Assembly: GCA_043228905.1 (NCBI GenBank)
Contig: JBHGNT010000016.1
Span: 12,958,001-13,022,000, forward strand
DNA length: 64,000 nucleotides
Origin: Azolla caroliniana
Taxonomy: Eukaryota > Plantae > Polypodiophyta
Direction of reading: 5' to 3'
Shown: one piece after another, positions 35,408-49,633 of the stretch
How positions within the stretch are numbered: the stretch's first letter is position 1
Layout of the letters: the number at the start of each line of letters is the position of its first letter
Made by a program: the position numbers and the translations under genes
Notes under the pieces: model-generated
Seen by the model: the letters and a program-made list of their open reading frames with translations, nothing else
Databases searched by the model: none
What the model was told of the DNA's origin: nothing

Positions 35408-38400
35408 TGACGGGAACTCGTCGTTCCTTATGCGCAACGCTCGGCCACAACCAAGCTTAGAATGATACACATAAGGTTTACGTGGAAAACCCCATACTAG
35501 GGGAAAAACCATGGCAGCCCACAGGCTGCAAACTGTCACTATGTAAGAATGTACAAAACAGTGAGTTCACGGAGGCAACGACCTCGGACTCACAATCTTC
35601 GCCACAGGCGGCGGTTACAACAGAGGCAACGACCTCTTTCTCTCTCTCTCTCTATACAACGTTACGTGCTCTCTCTTCTTCTTACACCAACAAGAAGAAT
35701 GACAACAACCACCTAAAAGTTTGCCCTAAGTCATATTTATACTAATATGACTTTTCGGCTATTCACAAATATAGCCACGGTGGGCTCTTCAGAAAACATA
35801 TTTACGAATATGTCTCTTCATCCGAAGAGCATTGCTCACCGGGTCTGCATCATCCGGCTCTCCGTAGCGGGGTACTCCTCATCCGGTCTTCACCAGGTCT
35901 GCATCATCCGGCTCTCCGTAGCCGAGTACTCCTCATCCAGTCTTGACCGGGTCTGCATCATCCGGCTCTCCGTAGCCGGGTACTCCTCATCCGGTCTTCA
36001 CCGAGTCTACATCATCCGGCTCTCCGTAGCCTGGTACTCCTCATCCGGTTTCCCATCCAGAGGGACCTGTCTCCCAACAAACTCCCCCTTCACTCCGGCA
36101 TGGGGTGTCTTACCAGTCTGATCCGCTTCCGGCATGCGTCCAGCTTGTCGGGTGTCAGCACTTTGGTCAGCAAATCTAACTCGTTCTCGGCCGTGTGGAT
36201 CTTCGTCAGTGCGAACTCCTGGTCGTCTACTCTTTCCCGGATCCAATGATACCTCCGCTGGATATGCTTCGTCCGGGAATGGTAGGCCGCATTCTTAGCA
36301 AGGTGGATGGCACTTTGACTGTCGCAATAAAGTCGGTATTCCTCTTGCCGGATACCGAGTTGTCTGATGAAGTCCTTCATCCCATAATATTTCCTTGCCG
36401 GCTTCCACAACCGCCATGTATTCCGCCTTTGTGGTCGACAATGCAACCGTCTTCTGCAGCCTCGACTGCCACGAAACAGCTCCCCGTGCATATGTCATCA
36501 CATACCCGAATGTAGACCGGCTGGTATCCACATCAGCCGACATGTCCGAATCGGTGAAACCGTCCAGTTGAGGTTTTCCGAAGCCGAATCGGAGCCACAT
36601 ATTTGAAGTGCCCTTCAAATATTAGAGTATCCATTTGACCGCGTTCCAGTGCTCCTTGCCAGGATTGCTCATAAACCGGCTCACCACTCCGACTGCGTAT
36701 CCTATATCCGGTCGGGTACACACCATTCCGTACATCAAGCTCCCGACGGCATAGGCATATGGGATCTTCATCATATCCGCCTTCTCTGCTTTCGTCTTAG
36801 GGCTTTGCTTGCCGGATAGCCTGCAGTTTGCCGGAAGTGCTGATCCGAGCGGTTTCGCCTCTGATATGTTGAACTGGTGAAGCACCTTTGTCACATACTT
36901 CTCCTGTGACAGCCATAATTGCTTCACTGACCGGTCCCGAATGATATGCATCCCTAGCATATGTCTTGCCGGACCCAAGTCTTTCATTGAGAAGGTCCGG
37001 TTGAGAGCCTTCTTCAGCATCCGTATTTTGACTTGGTCACGTCCGACGATCAACATGCCATCCATGTACAGGAGGAGTATCAGGAAGTCGCCTCCTTCAA
37101 ACTTCTTCACAAACACGCAGTGATCGGCCTGCGTCTTGTGGTACCCTTGATCGGTCATGAAGGAATCGAACTTCCGATACCATTGTCGGGGAGCCTGCTT
37201 TAGTCCGTACAGGCTCTTCTTCAGCTGGCATACCAGGTGCTCCTTCCCTTTCTCCACAAATCCTTCCGGTTGCTGCATGTAGATCTCCTCTTTGAGATCA
37301 CCGTGAAGGAATGCCGTCTTCATGTCCAGCTGCTCTACCTCAAGGTCCATACTTGCCGCTATACTCAGCACCATCCGGATGGAGGTCATCTTTACTACCG
37401 GGGCAAATATCTCGTCGAAGTCCACGCCCTTCTTCTGCTGGAACCTCTTCACCACGATCCTAGCTATGTATCTCGGGGGGTTGCCGGCATCTCCCGGTTT
37501 CAACTTGTACACCCACTTGTTTCGGAGTGCCCGCTTTCCTTTCGGCAACTCCACCAATTCGTACGTATGGTTCTCATGCAGGGAATCCATCTCATCCTGC
37601 ATGGCACTTAACCATTTTCGGTTGTGGGTGTCTTCCTTCGCTTCTTCGAAGCTTTCCGGTTCCCCTTCATCGGTCAGCAGAACATGCTCTACATCCGGAA
37701 ATCTCCGGGGGGCCCTTCTCTCTCTTAGAGGATATCTCCGTCTTTGGTCTTCAGTAGCCGGCTCCTCCATTTGCTCTTCATCCGAATCCGATTCGAGGTC
37801 TAGGCCGGTTCCGGTTTCAGCTTCCTCTACTTCTTCTTCTGCTGGTTCGGTATCCTCACCGTATCCGGCTGGTTCTTCGAGTGCTAACCGGTCTCTCGCC
37901 GGTTGGGTCTGCTCATCGTAGAGTCTATCCTTACGGGTCGACTCGGAGTTCATTATCTTGTTCTCCGACTCCTAGTCGGCGAGCGTCTTGTCCTCCATGA
38001 AGATAATATCTCGACTCCGGAATACCGTCTTGTCGACCGGGTCCCACACTCGGTAGCCAAACTCATCGTCACTGTAACCGAGGAATATGCACGGCCGGGT
38101 CTTTGGATCTAACTTTCCTCTGCGGTCCTTTGCTACATGCACGTACGCGAGACACCCGAACACCTTCAGATGCCGGTAGGACACTTCCTTACCGGTCCAT
38201 ACCCTTTGTGGCGTGTCTCCGTCCAAGGGTACTGAGGGTGATCTGTTTATCACTTATGTCGCCGTCGACAATGCCTCATCCCAAAACTTCTTGGGTAGTT
38301 TTGCATGCGCTAGCATACTCTGGACCCTCTCCACTATGGTCCGGTTCATCCTCTCGGCCAGTCCGTTGAGTTCCGGCATCTTCGGCACGGTAAATTCGAG

Positions 38401-39325
38401 CCGGATTCCCTTCGAGCGGCAGTACTCCTCGAACTGCCCCCGGTATTCTCCTCCGTTATCTGCTCGAACCGCCTTCAGCTTCCGGCCGGTTTCTCTTTCC
38501 ACTCTCGCGTGGAGCTCTTTGAAGACGGATAACACCTGATCCTTCGTCTTCAACGGTGTGGCCCACAGCTTCCAGCTATGGTCATCTATGAAAGTCACGA
38601 AGTACTGCACTCCGGCATGTGACTTCGTGTCTACTTGACACACATCCGTATGCACCAACTCCAGTGGTGCATTACGTCTCACCGGTGGCCTTGGTCGGAA
38701 GGAGGTCCGGTTTTGTTTACCGGCCAGACAATCAATGCACTTCTCTAAGTGCACGTTCTTCACTGGAATGAGGTTGTCGTCTGCAAGCCTCTTCATCCCC
38801 TTCTCGCTCATGTGACACAACCTCTTGTGCCACAGCTCACCGGCAGTGTCGAATGCCACGTTCACTTCTTCCGGACATAACCGGGCATTCATCAGGTACA
38901 GTGTGTTGACCTTCTGGGCCCGAGCTACAATCAAGCTCCCTTTGCTAAACTTCATGACACTATTCCGGATGCTACCCGTGTAGCCTTCATCATCTAGCCA
39001 ACCGGCTGATATCAAGTTCAGACGAACCTCCGGAACGTGTCAGACATCCTTCAGCAGCAACTTGCATCCGGTTGGTGTTGACAGCCACACGTCTCCTATG
39101 CCGACAATTCGGCATGTACCTTCATTCCCCATCCGGACACAGCCGTGATCACCGGCTGAGTAGGATGAGAATCATTTCCGGTCCGTGGTAAGGTGGAACG
39201 ATGCTTCGGAGTCTACCACCCAGGTCATCTCATCGTCGGCAAGGTTTATCTCACACTCCTCGGTGATGAGCATCAACTCTTCTTCACTTGCCGCGATTGC
39301 CTTCGTTCCCTTCCGGTCCGGCCCC
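35408..39325 (-). mobile_element. 5'-truncated copia B2 (PR-INT-RT-RH + 3' LTR 35408-36079), inverted within B1
   Basis: PPT at 36080-36092; pol ORF pieces 36090-39015; truncated just upstream of protease. Confidence 0.88.
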
Positions 39326-39339
39326 ACAGAGGCGGAGTA

Positions 39340-40864
39340 TGTCACGGATCATAAACTCAAGAGACAACCAAGAAGATAACCAAATGGACAAGAAAGAAGA
39401 TAGTACTAAAGGAAAGACTCCATAACTGGTGTTGTTCACCTTGAATTCCTTCAAGGTGAACTCCTCTATTTATACTACATGGCATGCACACTTGTTGCAC
39501 GCATGTGAATCTACAATAGAGCATGTAGGTATGCATGCATGTGCCAAGTGTAAATACTACAAGGGAGCAACTATGCACATGATGCTAGCAAAATAATAAG
39601 GACCAATTACATACATAACTAGTACTAGATATCTTGGTTAACTCATAATAGTAGATTATAACATGGTCGTGTCAAGAGTTCGAATCTTGACATTATCCCC
39701 CCTCTTACGCCGCCTTCCCAAATCGGCCGCTGGTTTGTGGGGATATCGGTGATGAAAATCTTGGACGACCTCTGGGGCATTTTGTAAATTTGCCGATGGT
39801 TCCCATGTGGCCTCAGACATGGGGTAACCCCTCCATAGGACGAGGTATTGCAAGTGTCGACGGTGCCAACGCGAGTCAAGGATTTGGTCGACCTCGTATT
39901 CCTCCCCTGTCGTCAACTGCACAGGTGGTGGTGGTGGGGCTTGACGTCCTGGGAGTTGTGAAGCATAATGGGGTTCGAGGAGGGAGACATGAAAAACATC
40001 GTGAATCCGGAAGTGGGATGGAAGGGCGAGCCGGAAGGCGACGGGATTGATGCACTCGATGATACGGAATGGTCCCAACTTCTTGTAATCAAGTTTCGCA
40101 CATGGACGAGTAGTAGAGATGTGTCGACGTAACAACCAGACCATGTCTCCAACGACAAAGTGTGGAGTGGAAGATCGATGGCGATCAGCCTGCTTCTTGT
40201 ATCGTTCATTAGCAAGACTAAGCTCCAAGGATAAATCATGATGTACTTCTTCCAAAATGCGGGCACGATCCTCCGCCGAAGGGTTCACGGAAGTGGTAGG
40301 AAGGGAAATGTTGAAGCGAGGATGTAAACCATAGTTGGCAAAGAAGGGAGTGACGCCAGTCGATGCATGGAGAGAATTATTGTAGGCGAATTCCGCGAGC
40401 GAAAGTAAGTTGACCCAATCATCTTGTTGGTAACTAACCGAGCACCGAAGATACTGCTCAAGGATTTGGTTGACACGCTCCGTTTGCCCGTCAGTTTGGG
40501 GGTGAACAAACTGTCACGGATCATAAACTCAAGAGACAACCAAGAAGATAACCAAATGGACAAGAAAGAAGATAGTACTAAAGGAAAGACTCCATAACTG
40601 GTGTTGTTCACCTTGAATTCCTTCAAGGTGAACTCCTCTATTTATACTACATGGCATGCACACTTGTTGCACGCATGTGAATCTACAATAGAGCATGTAG
40701 GTATGCATGCATGTGCCAAGTGTAAATACTACAAGGGAGCAACTATGCACATGATGCTAGCAAAATAATAAGGACCAATTACATACATAACTAGTACTAG
40801 ATATCTTGGTTAACTCATAATAGTAGATTATAACATGGTCGTGTCAAGAGTTCGAATCTTGACA
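39340..40864 (-). mobile_element. 1.5-kb non-autonomous chromovirus derivative (LTRs 39340-39692 and 40512-40864)
   Basis: TSD GAGTA; 353-bp LTRs appear identical; PPT; internal region is only the integrase C-terminus + GPF + chromodomain. Confidence 0.93.
39656..40505 (-). pseudogene. Integrase C-terminal part + chromodomain, open frame
   Basis: HPQTDGQTERVNQILEQYL...LGPFRI...YEVDQILDSR..YLVLWRGY..TWEP (track ORF 39656-40288). Confidence 0.85.
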
Positions 40865-43800
40865 GAGTACATGGCGGCTGTGGAAGCCGGCAAGGAAATA
40901 TTATGGATGAAGGACTTCATCGGAGAGCTCGGTATCCGGCAAGATGAATACCGGCTCTATTGCGACAGTCAAAGTGCCATCCGCCTTGCTAAGAATGCGG
41001 CCTACCATTCCCGGACGAAGCATATCCAGCGAAGGTATCACTGGATCCGGGAAAGAGTAGATGACCAGGAGTTCGCACAGACGAAGATCCACACGACCGA
41101 GAACGGGTCAGATATGCTAACCAAAGTTCTAATACCCGACAAGTTGAATGCATGCCGGAAGCGGATCGGACTGGTAAGACACCCCATGTCGGAGTGAAGG
41201 GGGAGTTTGTTGGGAGACAGGTCCCTCCGGATGGGAAACCGGTTGAGGAGTACCTGGCTACGGAGAGCCGGAAGGTGCAGACCCGGCGAGAACCGGATGA
41301 GGAGTACCCGGCTACGGAGAGCCGGATGACGCAGACCCGGTGAGAACCGGATGAGGAGTACCCAGCTACGGAGAGCCAGATGACGCAGACTCGGTGAGAA
41401 CCGGGTGAGGAGTACCCGGCTACGAAGAGCGGGATGGTGCAGACCCGGTGAGATCCGGATGAGGAGTACCCGGCTACGGAGAGCCGGATGATGCAGACCC
41501 GGTGAGAACCGGATGAAGAGACATATTCGTAAATATGTTTCTAAGAGTCCATCGAGGCTATATTTGTAAATAGCCGAAAAGTCATATTAGTATAAATATG
41601 ACTTAGGGCAAACTTTTAGTTACTGTTGTTGTCATTCCTGTTTTGCACGAGATTAGAGTGCGTAACAGTGTACAGAGAGAGAGATAGAGAGAAAGAGGTC
41701 GCTGCCTCTGTTGTAACCGCCGCCTGTGGCAAAGATCGTGAGCACGAGGTCGTTGCCTCTGTGAACTCACTGTTTGTACATTCCAACATAGTGATAGTTT
41801 GCAGCCTGTGGGCTGCCGTGGTTTTTCCCTTAGTTTGGGTTTTCCACGTAAACATCCTGTGTGCTCTTCTCTCCTTTGTGTCGCGTGTTTTCCGTTTCCT
41901 GTTTTCTGTGTATGATTCTAAGCTCGGTTGTGGCCGAGTGTTGCGCATAAGGAGCGTTGCAGTTCCCGACACAACCGACTCGGCAAGAGAGATATGGTAC
42001 AAAAGGCTAGGCCACATGAGTGAAAAGGGAATGCACCTGCTAGCCGGCCAGAAACTTCTACGAGAAGTCAAGGGAGTGCACCTGGAGAAGTGTGTCGACT
42101 GCTTAGCCGAAAAGCAGAACAGGATAGCATTCCACTCGAGACCACCGAGGAGAAGAGAAGTTGCACTGGAACTAGTACACACAGACGTGTGCTATGTGGA
42201 TGCTCCATCGCATCGAGGAGGACAATACTTTGTAACGTTTATTGACGACTACAGTCGGAAAACATGGGCCTTCGTACCGAGCTCGAAGGATCAAGCACTG
42301 TCAGTTTTCAAGGAGTTCCAGGAAAGAACCGAAAGAGAGTCGGGTCAGAAACTGAAGGTTGTTCGAACCGACAATGGTGGCAAGTATAAAGGGAAGTTCG
42401 AGGAATATTGCAAGAGCCAAGGTATTCGAATCGAATACACAATACCAAAGACCCCAAAGTTGAACGGGTTTGCAGAGAGGATGAATCGAACGATCATGGA
42501 GAGAGTAAGGAGCATGATCTCTCATGCGAAACTGCCGAAATCCTATTGGGTTGAGGCATTGTACACAGCTGTTTATCTGATCAATAGGTCTCCCTCAGTG
42601 CCATTAAAGGGTGATGTCCCACAAAGGCTGTGGACAGGGAAGGATATCTCCTATCAACACCTGAGGGTGTTTGGATGTTTGGCGTATATGCATGTACCAA
42701 AGGATTAGAGGTCTAAGCTCGACAGCAAGTTGAAAGCATGCATATTCATGGAATACTCGGAAGATGAGTTTGGCTACAGGCTATGGAACCTAGTTGACAA
42801 GAAGGTAGTGAGAAGTCAGGATGTAGTCTTTCTAGAAGACAAGACAATTGAAGACTGGAAGCAACAGAAGTTGGAACCGACTCCCCAGTCAACCTCGACT
42901 ACCATCGACTTAATGCCAAGTGACTCATCACCGATAGCTGTAAGGAGACAGTTGGCCGACAAAGCTGAATCTGAGTCGGTCAACTCGGAAAGATCAACAG
43001 ACTATGAGTCAAAGTCGGCAGAGCTGCTGAAGTCAATTGATGAATATGAGTTGGAGTTATCTAACCTGGAGATGCCGAGCAGAGAGAAGAGTTGGCAGAG
43101 ACAGCCGGACTGGAGCCAACAATGAGTGGACGAAGATACCCACTCAGAGAAAGGAAGGCACTGATTACATATGTCTGTCAATACGTCCTCTTGACTAATG
43201 ACAGTGAACCGGAGTGCTATGAAGAAGCCATTGCCGATGACAACAAAGAAAAATGGTTGAGCGCGATGCAAGAGGAGATGGAATCCTTGCACGCGAATTA
43301 CACCTACCACCTAGTAGAGCTGCCAAAAGGTAAGAGAGCACTCAAGAATAAATGGTTCTACAAGGTGAAGATTGACTGGAGAAGTCGACATCGAGCCCAG
43401 GTATAAAGCTCGCATAGTGGTGAAGGGTTTCCAACAAAAGAAGGGCGTCGACTTTGACGAAATATTCGCACCAGTCGTGAAGATGACATCGATTCGAACT
43501 ATTCTGAGCATAGCGGCCATCATGGATCTGGATATCGAATAGTTCGATGTCAAAACCTCATTTTTGCACAGGGAGCTAGAAGAAGAAATTTACATGCAAC
43601 AACCCGAAGGCTTTGAGGAGAAAGGGAAAGAGAATCTAGTGTGTCGACTGAGGAAAAGCTTGTACGGTCTGAAACAAGCTCCACGCCAATGGTACAAGAA
43701 ATTCGAGTCCTTCATGATGGAACATCAGTTCCAAAAAACACAGGCCAATCATTGTGTGTTCGTCAAAAGGTACGAGGAAGGAGATTTCTTGATTCTCTTG

Positions 43801-46800
43801 CTATATGTTGATGATATGTTGATAGTCGGTCAAGACACAAGGAAGATTGGAATCTTGAAGAAAGCTCTCGGGAAGTCATTTGCCATGAAAGACCTTGGAC
43901 CGGCAAAGAAAATCCTAGGAATGCACATAACCCGAGATAGAGCTCGGAAGGTGTTATGGTTGTCACAACAAAAGTATGTGACGAAGATCCTAGAGAGGTT
44001 CAACATGTCGAACGCAAAGCCGGTCGGCTCAATGTTGCCGACAAATTGCAGATTGAATGCGACGCAGTGTCCGAAAGGGCAGAAGGAAAAGGCTGAGATG
44101 AAGAAGGTACCATATGCCTCGGTTGTCGGCTGTCTAATGTATGCTATGGTCTGTATGAGACTGGACATAGCATTTGTTGTGGGAGCAGTAAGCCAATATA
44201 TGAGTAATCCAAGGAGAGAACACTGGGCAGCAGTGAAGTGGATACTCAGGTACCTGAAAGGCACCTCGGAGGTGTGCCTAAGGTATGGTGTCGGAAAACC
44301 TATGCTGGAAGGTTTTACCAATTCGGACATGTCTGGAGATACCGACTCAAGCTGATCCACGTCAGGGTACGTGATGACCTATGCAAGGGGAGCAGTGTCG
44401 TGGCAGTCACGACTGTAGAAGTCTGTAGCCTTGTCAACTACAGAGGCAGAGTATATGGCAGCGGTAGAGGCCGAAAAAGAGATGATCTGGATGAGAAACT
44501 TTCTCACCGAACTAGGCATGAAGCAAAAGGATTTCTTGCTTCACTATGACTGTCAAAGTGCCATACACCTAGCCAAGAACGCGGCATATCACTCCCGGAC
44601 CAAACACATACAGAGAAGGTATCACTGGTTGCCGGAGAGAGTCGAAGAAGGAGAGTTTTCCCTTGTGAAGATCCATACCGATGACAATGGATCTGACATG
44701 TTGACGAAGAACCTACCTATGGACAGACTCAGAGTCTACCGACAAAATACAGGACTGACAAATTTCCTCCCACAGGAGTGAAGGGGGAGGTTGTTGGGAA
44801 TATGTCCCTCTAGTGGGAGGATGATCCGACTATTCGGAAAGCCGACAGTCGAAAAGTCAGAAAACAGGAGCCGAGTTGATGAGGAACTCGGCTGAGGCCG
44901 ATAGGCTGTGGCCGAAACCAGAATCATGTAAATAGCCAACTCGAGAGACTATACTTGTAAATAGTCTAAGTGTGCACCCCATGAGGGCTACGTATGTAAA
45001 TAACCAAAAATTTGTGTAAGTATATATATAACTAGGGCAAACTTTTAGGTAGAGTGTGATGAGTGCAAAACAGTAGAACGCAAGAGAGCGTGAGAGAGAG
45101 AGAGAGTAATATGAGCCGCGCCATAGTTGTGTTTGTAACAATAGACGCGAAGAGCCCTGCGTGGCTGATACACTCGATAGAGTGTTGTATTCCTCTCGGT
45201 GTTGTATATCCACTTTGTATAGTGAAGATTTTGTTCACCTGTGGTTTTCCCCGTTTTAGGGTTTCCACGTAAATATCTATGTATAGACGTCTATCTTGTT
45301 TTTTTCTCGCATTTTGGTGTGATTCGTATTTCAGCTTCTTCGGATCATTGTGATTAATTCCGCAACGATTTCTCAACACCAAGTGCATAACACCATCATA
45401 TGCGGAAGACATAAATATGCTAGAAGGGGTAGATGATGCGGAGCTGGAAGCATACCTTGATGACCACCCGCGAATTGTCCCATTATTTGAAATTGATATT
45501 ATGAAAACCGTTGCAGACTACGCGCCCAGTAATACGCTTCAAGAAGAGGCGTACGAGCCAGATCCAGAATCGTTACTAGAGCTAAGCAGGGCATTAGCAG
45601 CGTTTGATCGAGAAATGGAAATATCACGGCGAGTCTCAGCCTCAGCATTGGAGGACGTCAACGTCGGAACGACAACGGATCCACGAGTGCTTTCGATTGC
45701 AAAGGATTTATCCCCGAGTCAGAAGGAAGCAATGATAGCATTGCTCAAGGACTATAAAGATGTGTTCGCTTGGTCCCACGAAGACATGAAGAGGTTGGAC
45801 CCGAAGTTTTACCAGCATAAGATCAACTTAGCTACCGATGCGAAACGCATACAACAACGTCGATATCGCATGAATCCGAATTATGTGGCTCGCGTAAAAG
45901 AGAAAATTGACAAACTTCTCAAGGCAGATTTTATACGACCAGTTAAGCAAGCTATGTGGCTAAGCCCATCGTAGTACCAAAGAAAAATGGCAAAATCCGT
46001 GTTTGCGTAGACTATCGGAAATTGAACGCCGTAACAATTACAGATGTGTTCCCCTTACCTTTCACCGATAGCGTACTAAACGCAATCGCAGGGCATGACA
46101 TGTACAATTTTCGGGACGGCTTTAGCGAATATAATCAAGTGCGCATGCATCCTGACGACCAAGAGAAGAAGGCGTTTGTCACTGACTAGGGGGTTTATGT
46201 CGCGGTAATCATGATGTTTGGGCTAAAGACGGCGCCTGCCACATTTCAATGGACAATTACGAAATTTTTTTGGGAATACATACCCGCCTTTCTGCAAATC
46301 TTTCTGGACGATTTCGCAATGTATGGGGCAACAACTAAACATCTAAGTCATTTACGACTTTGTCTGGAGCGTTGCCGTACTTCACGCTTAAGTCTGAATC
46401 CGGTTAAATGCGCATTCAGCCTCACCAATGGAGCCCTTCTCAGCCACATCGTAAGCAAGGAAGGGATGGCGATAGACCCGAATAAAATTTCCGCGATCAT
46501 TCAGGCAAAAACACCAACAACTGCCAAAGCCCTTAGCCGTTTTTTGGGACAGATACGTTGGCATAGTTATATGTTACGATATTTGGCAGATTTCGCTACA
46601 CCACTACACGCCGTCGTACACTGTACACCTTTCAAATGGACGACAGTCAAAGAAAAAGTGTACGACGCACTTAAAATAATGTTAACGCAAGCATCGGTCG
46701 TACAACCACCGGATTGGGTAAAACCATTTCATGTTTTTGTGGATGCTTTACATATAGCAATAGGCAGTGCATTGTTGCAACTCACGGAACCGAATTGGTA

Positions 46801-46965
46801 AAGACCAGTCTACTACGCCAGTCAAAAACTATCAACGGCCGAATGTAACTACTCCACAACAGAACGAGAGGCGCTGGGAATGATATATAACATCAATAAA
46901 TTCCACCATTATTTGTTGGGGCGGAAATTTATGTTTCACATAGATCATGCGGCGTTGCTCTACCT

Positions 46966-47349
46966 TCTGCGTTCTTAGGAACATGTGCATTCTATCACAT
47001 TTGGATTCCGCACTATGATCATGTGGTCGAACCCTTGTATAGCTTACTGAAATAAGGGAGAAAATTCAAATGGGAACCAATACACAAAGAGGCAATGAAG
47101 AGGTTAAAAGGGCTACTAGTGGCAGCACCAGCTTTAAGGAAAGCCATCTACAAAGAAGGGATGCCCATCTACGTCACGGTAGATACGAGTCCAACGGGAA
47201 TTGGATGGGTCATCAACCAAGAAGGAGAAGATAGAATACGGTACGCCATCCGGTTCGGAGCAAAGGTTCTTAGCGAACGACAATGAGGATACGCCCAAGT
47301 AAAGCGGGAACTTTGGGGTATCGTGTCTGCAGTAAAAGTCTCAGGTGGA
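46966..47349 (+). pseudogene. Phygy-like RT/RH fragment ending in PPT remnant GGTGGA
   Basis: RFLGTCAFYHIWIPHY..VTVDTSPTGIGW..RFGAKVLSERQ, homologous to element C 28900-29250. Confidence 0.8.
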
Positions 47350-48720
47350 TGTCGTGAAGATTTTCGGCAACAATGTGAAAATCGCGTGGAACGAGGGAAA
47401 TCGAGAAGATGCAATATGCACATGTATGAAAGGAGTGATGGTTAGATGTGTATGTTAAACACATGAATGTGCACGTGTAATGTGTGTTTAGGTGGTCATT
47501 CCACAAAAATATATAATAAGCCTAATGCATACAATGAGTTACAAGTAAAGGTTTGAACCTTACACCTCTAAGATAGGAGACAATTGACATACCATTAGAC
47601 TAGGTTATTTCCTTTAAAAGGAACTTCATTGTACTTTTCACACGAACTGTTGGTACATGAGAGCTTGGATGAGGTACATGATCACATGCATTTCATGCAT
47701 TGTATGCATGTACTACACCCTCACATGCAGATATGCATGGGGGCATCTATATAAGAAGGAGAGGAAGGGAAAGGAAATCAAGTAATGTATGCAATCAATA
47801 ATAATTAATAAATCCTAGTTATCTCATTGGCAATGTGTCTTGTATCTCGACTTTGAAGTCAAAAGTTCAAACCGGGAGTTGGGATTCTCGTCCATATCTA
47901 TCTTTAATACTTCTCGCAAGCGCTAATCCTTCCACCGTTCCATTGTCTTCAACGATCCTTTCGCTCCTCCATCACCACTTGCGGATAGAGGCCGGTGCTT
48001 GTCAATGCACATGTAATGCGCACATCGCAACGTTTGGCACATGTGTAGCGTGCTTCACGACATCTTTGTGGTGTGGTAAATATTTTCACAATCTCTTTAT
48101 TCTCTCTCTCTCTCTCTTTCTCTCAGTCAACCCACACAAGCATCTTCGACAACAAGAATGACCCGATTGTAAACCTAAACAACGGTCGAATCCTTACAAG
48201 CAGAAATCACCTAATCCATCCTCCTTGGTCAAAGAACCCGGTGGTCCCGTTCGACCGACCCGCAGGCGCAGATTTCCACGACATTAATTGGTGAACCCGA
48301 CGTGAAGAACGGCAAGGGAGGATGGCGGGAACTTCAAGTGCTAGAGACTTTAATGATAGTCTAGCACAAGCAATGGCGAGGATGATGAACCAAATGCTTC
48401 AAGAGAGAGACAACGCCGCCGGCCTTGACGTTGCCATCGATAGGATCGTGGATGCCAACGGATGCTTTGATGGTGGAGATGTGACACGATACCTTGAAAC
48501 CTACAAAACAAAAATGTGGAAAAAGGGTATTTCTATGGCAAGCCAAGTGGCAAGCTTCTCAAGGATTGTGACTTCAAGTCTTTACTCTCAGGTCCTAGAG
48601 CTACAAGAGGCCAATCCTGAATGGTCATCTTTCGAACAAAGTTTACTTGAAGAATATGGGTTTGGTGACTCATCTCGAATGACGAAGAAAGATTTAATGG
48701 ACTGGGTGGAGTCTTCGAAT

Positions 48721-49633
<913 letters not shown>

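Larger units (their letters stand above)
20068..41971 (+). mobile_element. Ty1/copia element B1 (5' LTR 20068-20655 + 34424-34549; 3' LTR 41208-41971); most of pol deleted
   Basis: TSD CAACC; PBS-like TGGTATAAGAG 34552; gag 34567-35407; RH tail 39326-39339 + 40865-41197; 54-bp LTR repeats. Confidence 0.9.
17558..45378 (+). mobile_element. Ty1/copia element A (LTRs 17558-18136 and 44792-45378), degenerate, host of many nested insertions
   Basis: TSD CCAAG; PBS TGGTATCAGAGC 18140; gag 18165-; protease WVIDSGAS; integrase/RT/RH 41977-44781; PPT GAAGGGGGAGG. Confidence 0.92.
2884..46965 (+). mobile_element. Old non-chromovirus (OTA/Athila-like) Ty3/gypsy, split by later insertions: putative LTR ~2884-3211, gag ~3500-4700, protease ~5100-5267 + 17323-17557, RT/RH 45384-46965
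   Basis: Zinc knuckles CTICLNYGH, CPICHSKAH, CFVCQKPEH; protease IVDGASGVNVI; MADTRSV|RPLGLI rejoins across 5267/17328; RT DGFSEYNQV..MMFGLKTAPATFQ..FLDDF; RH YYASQKLSTAECNYSTTERE. Many stops. LTR limits are tentative. Confidence 0.75.
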
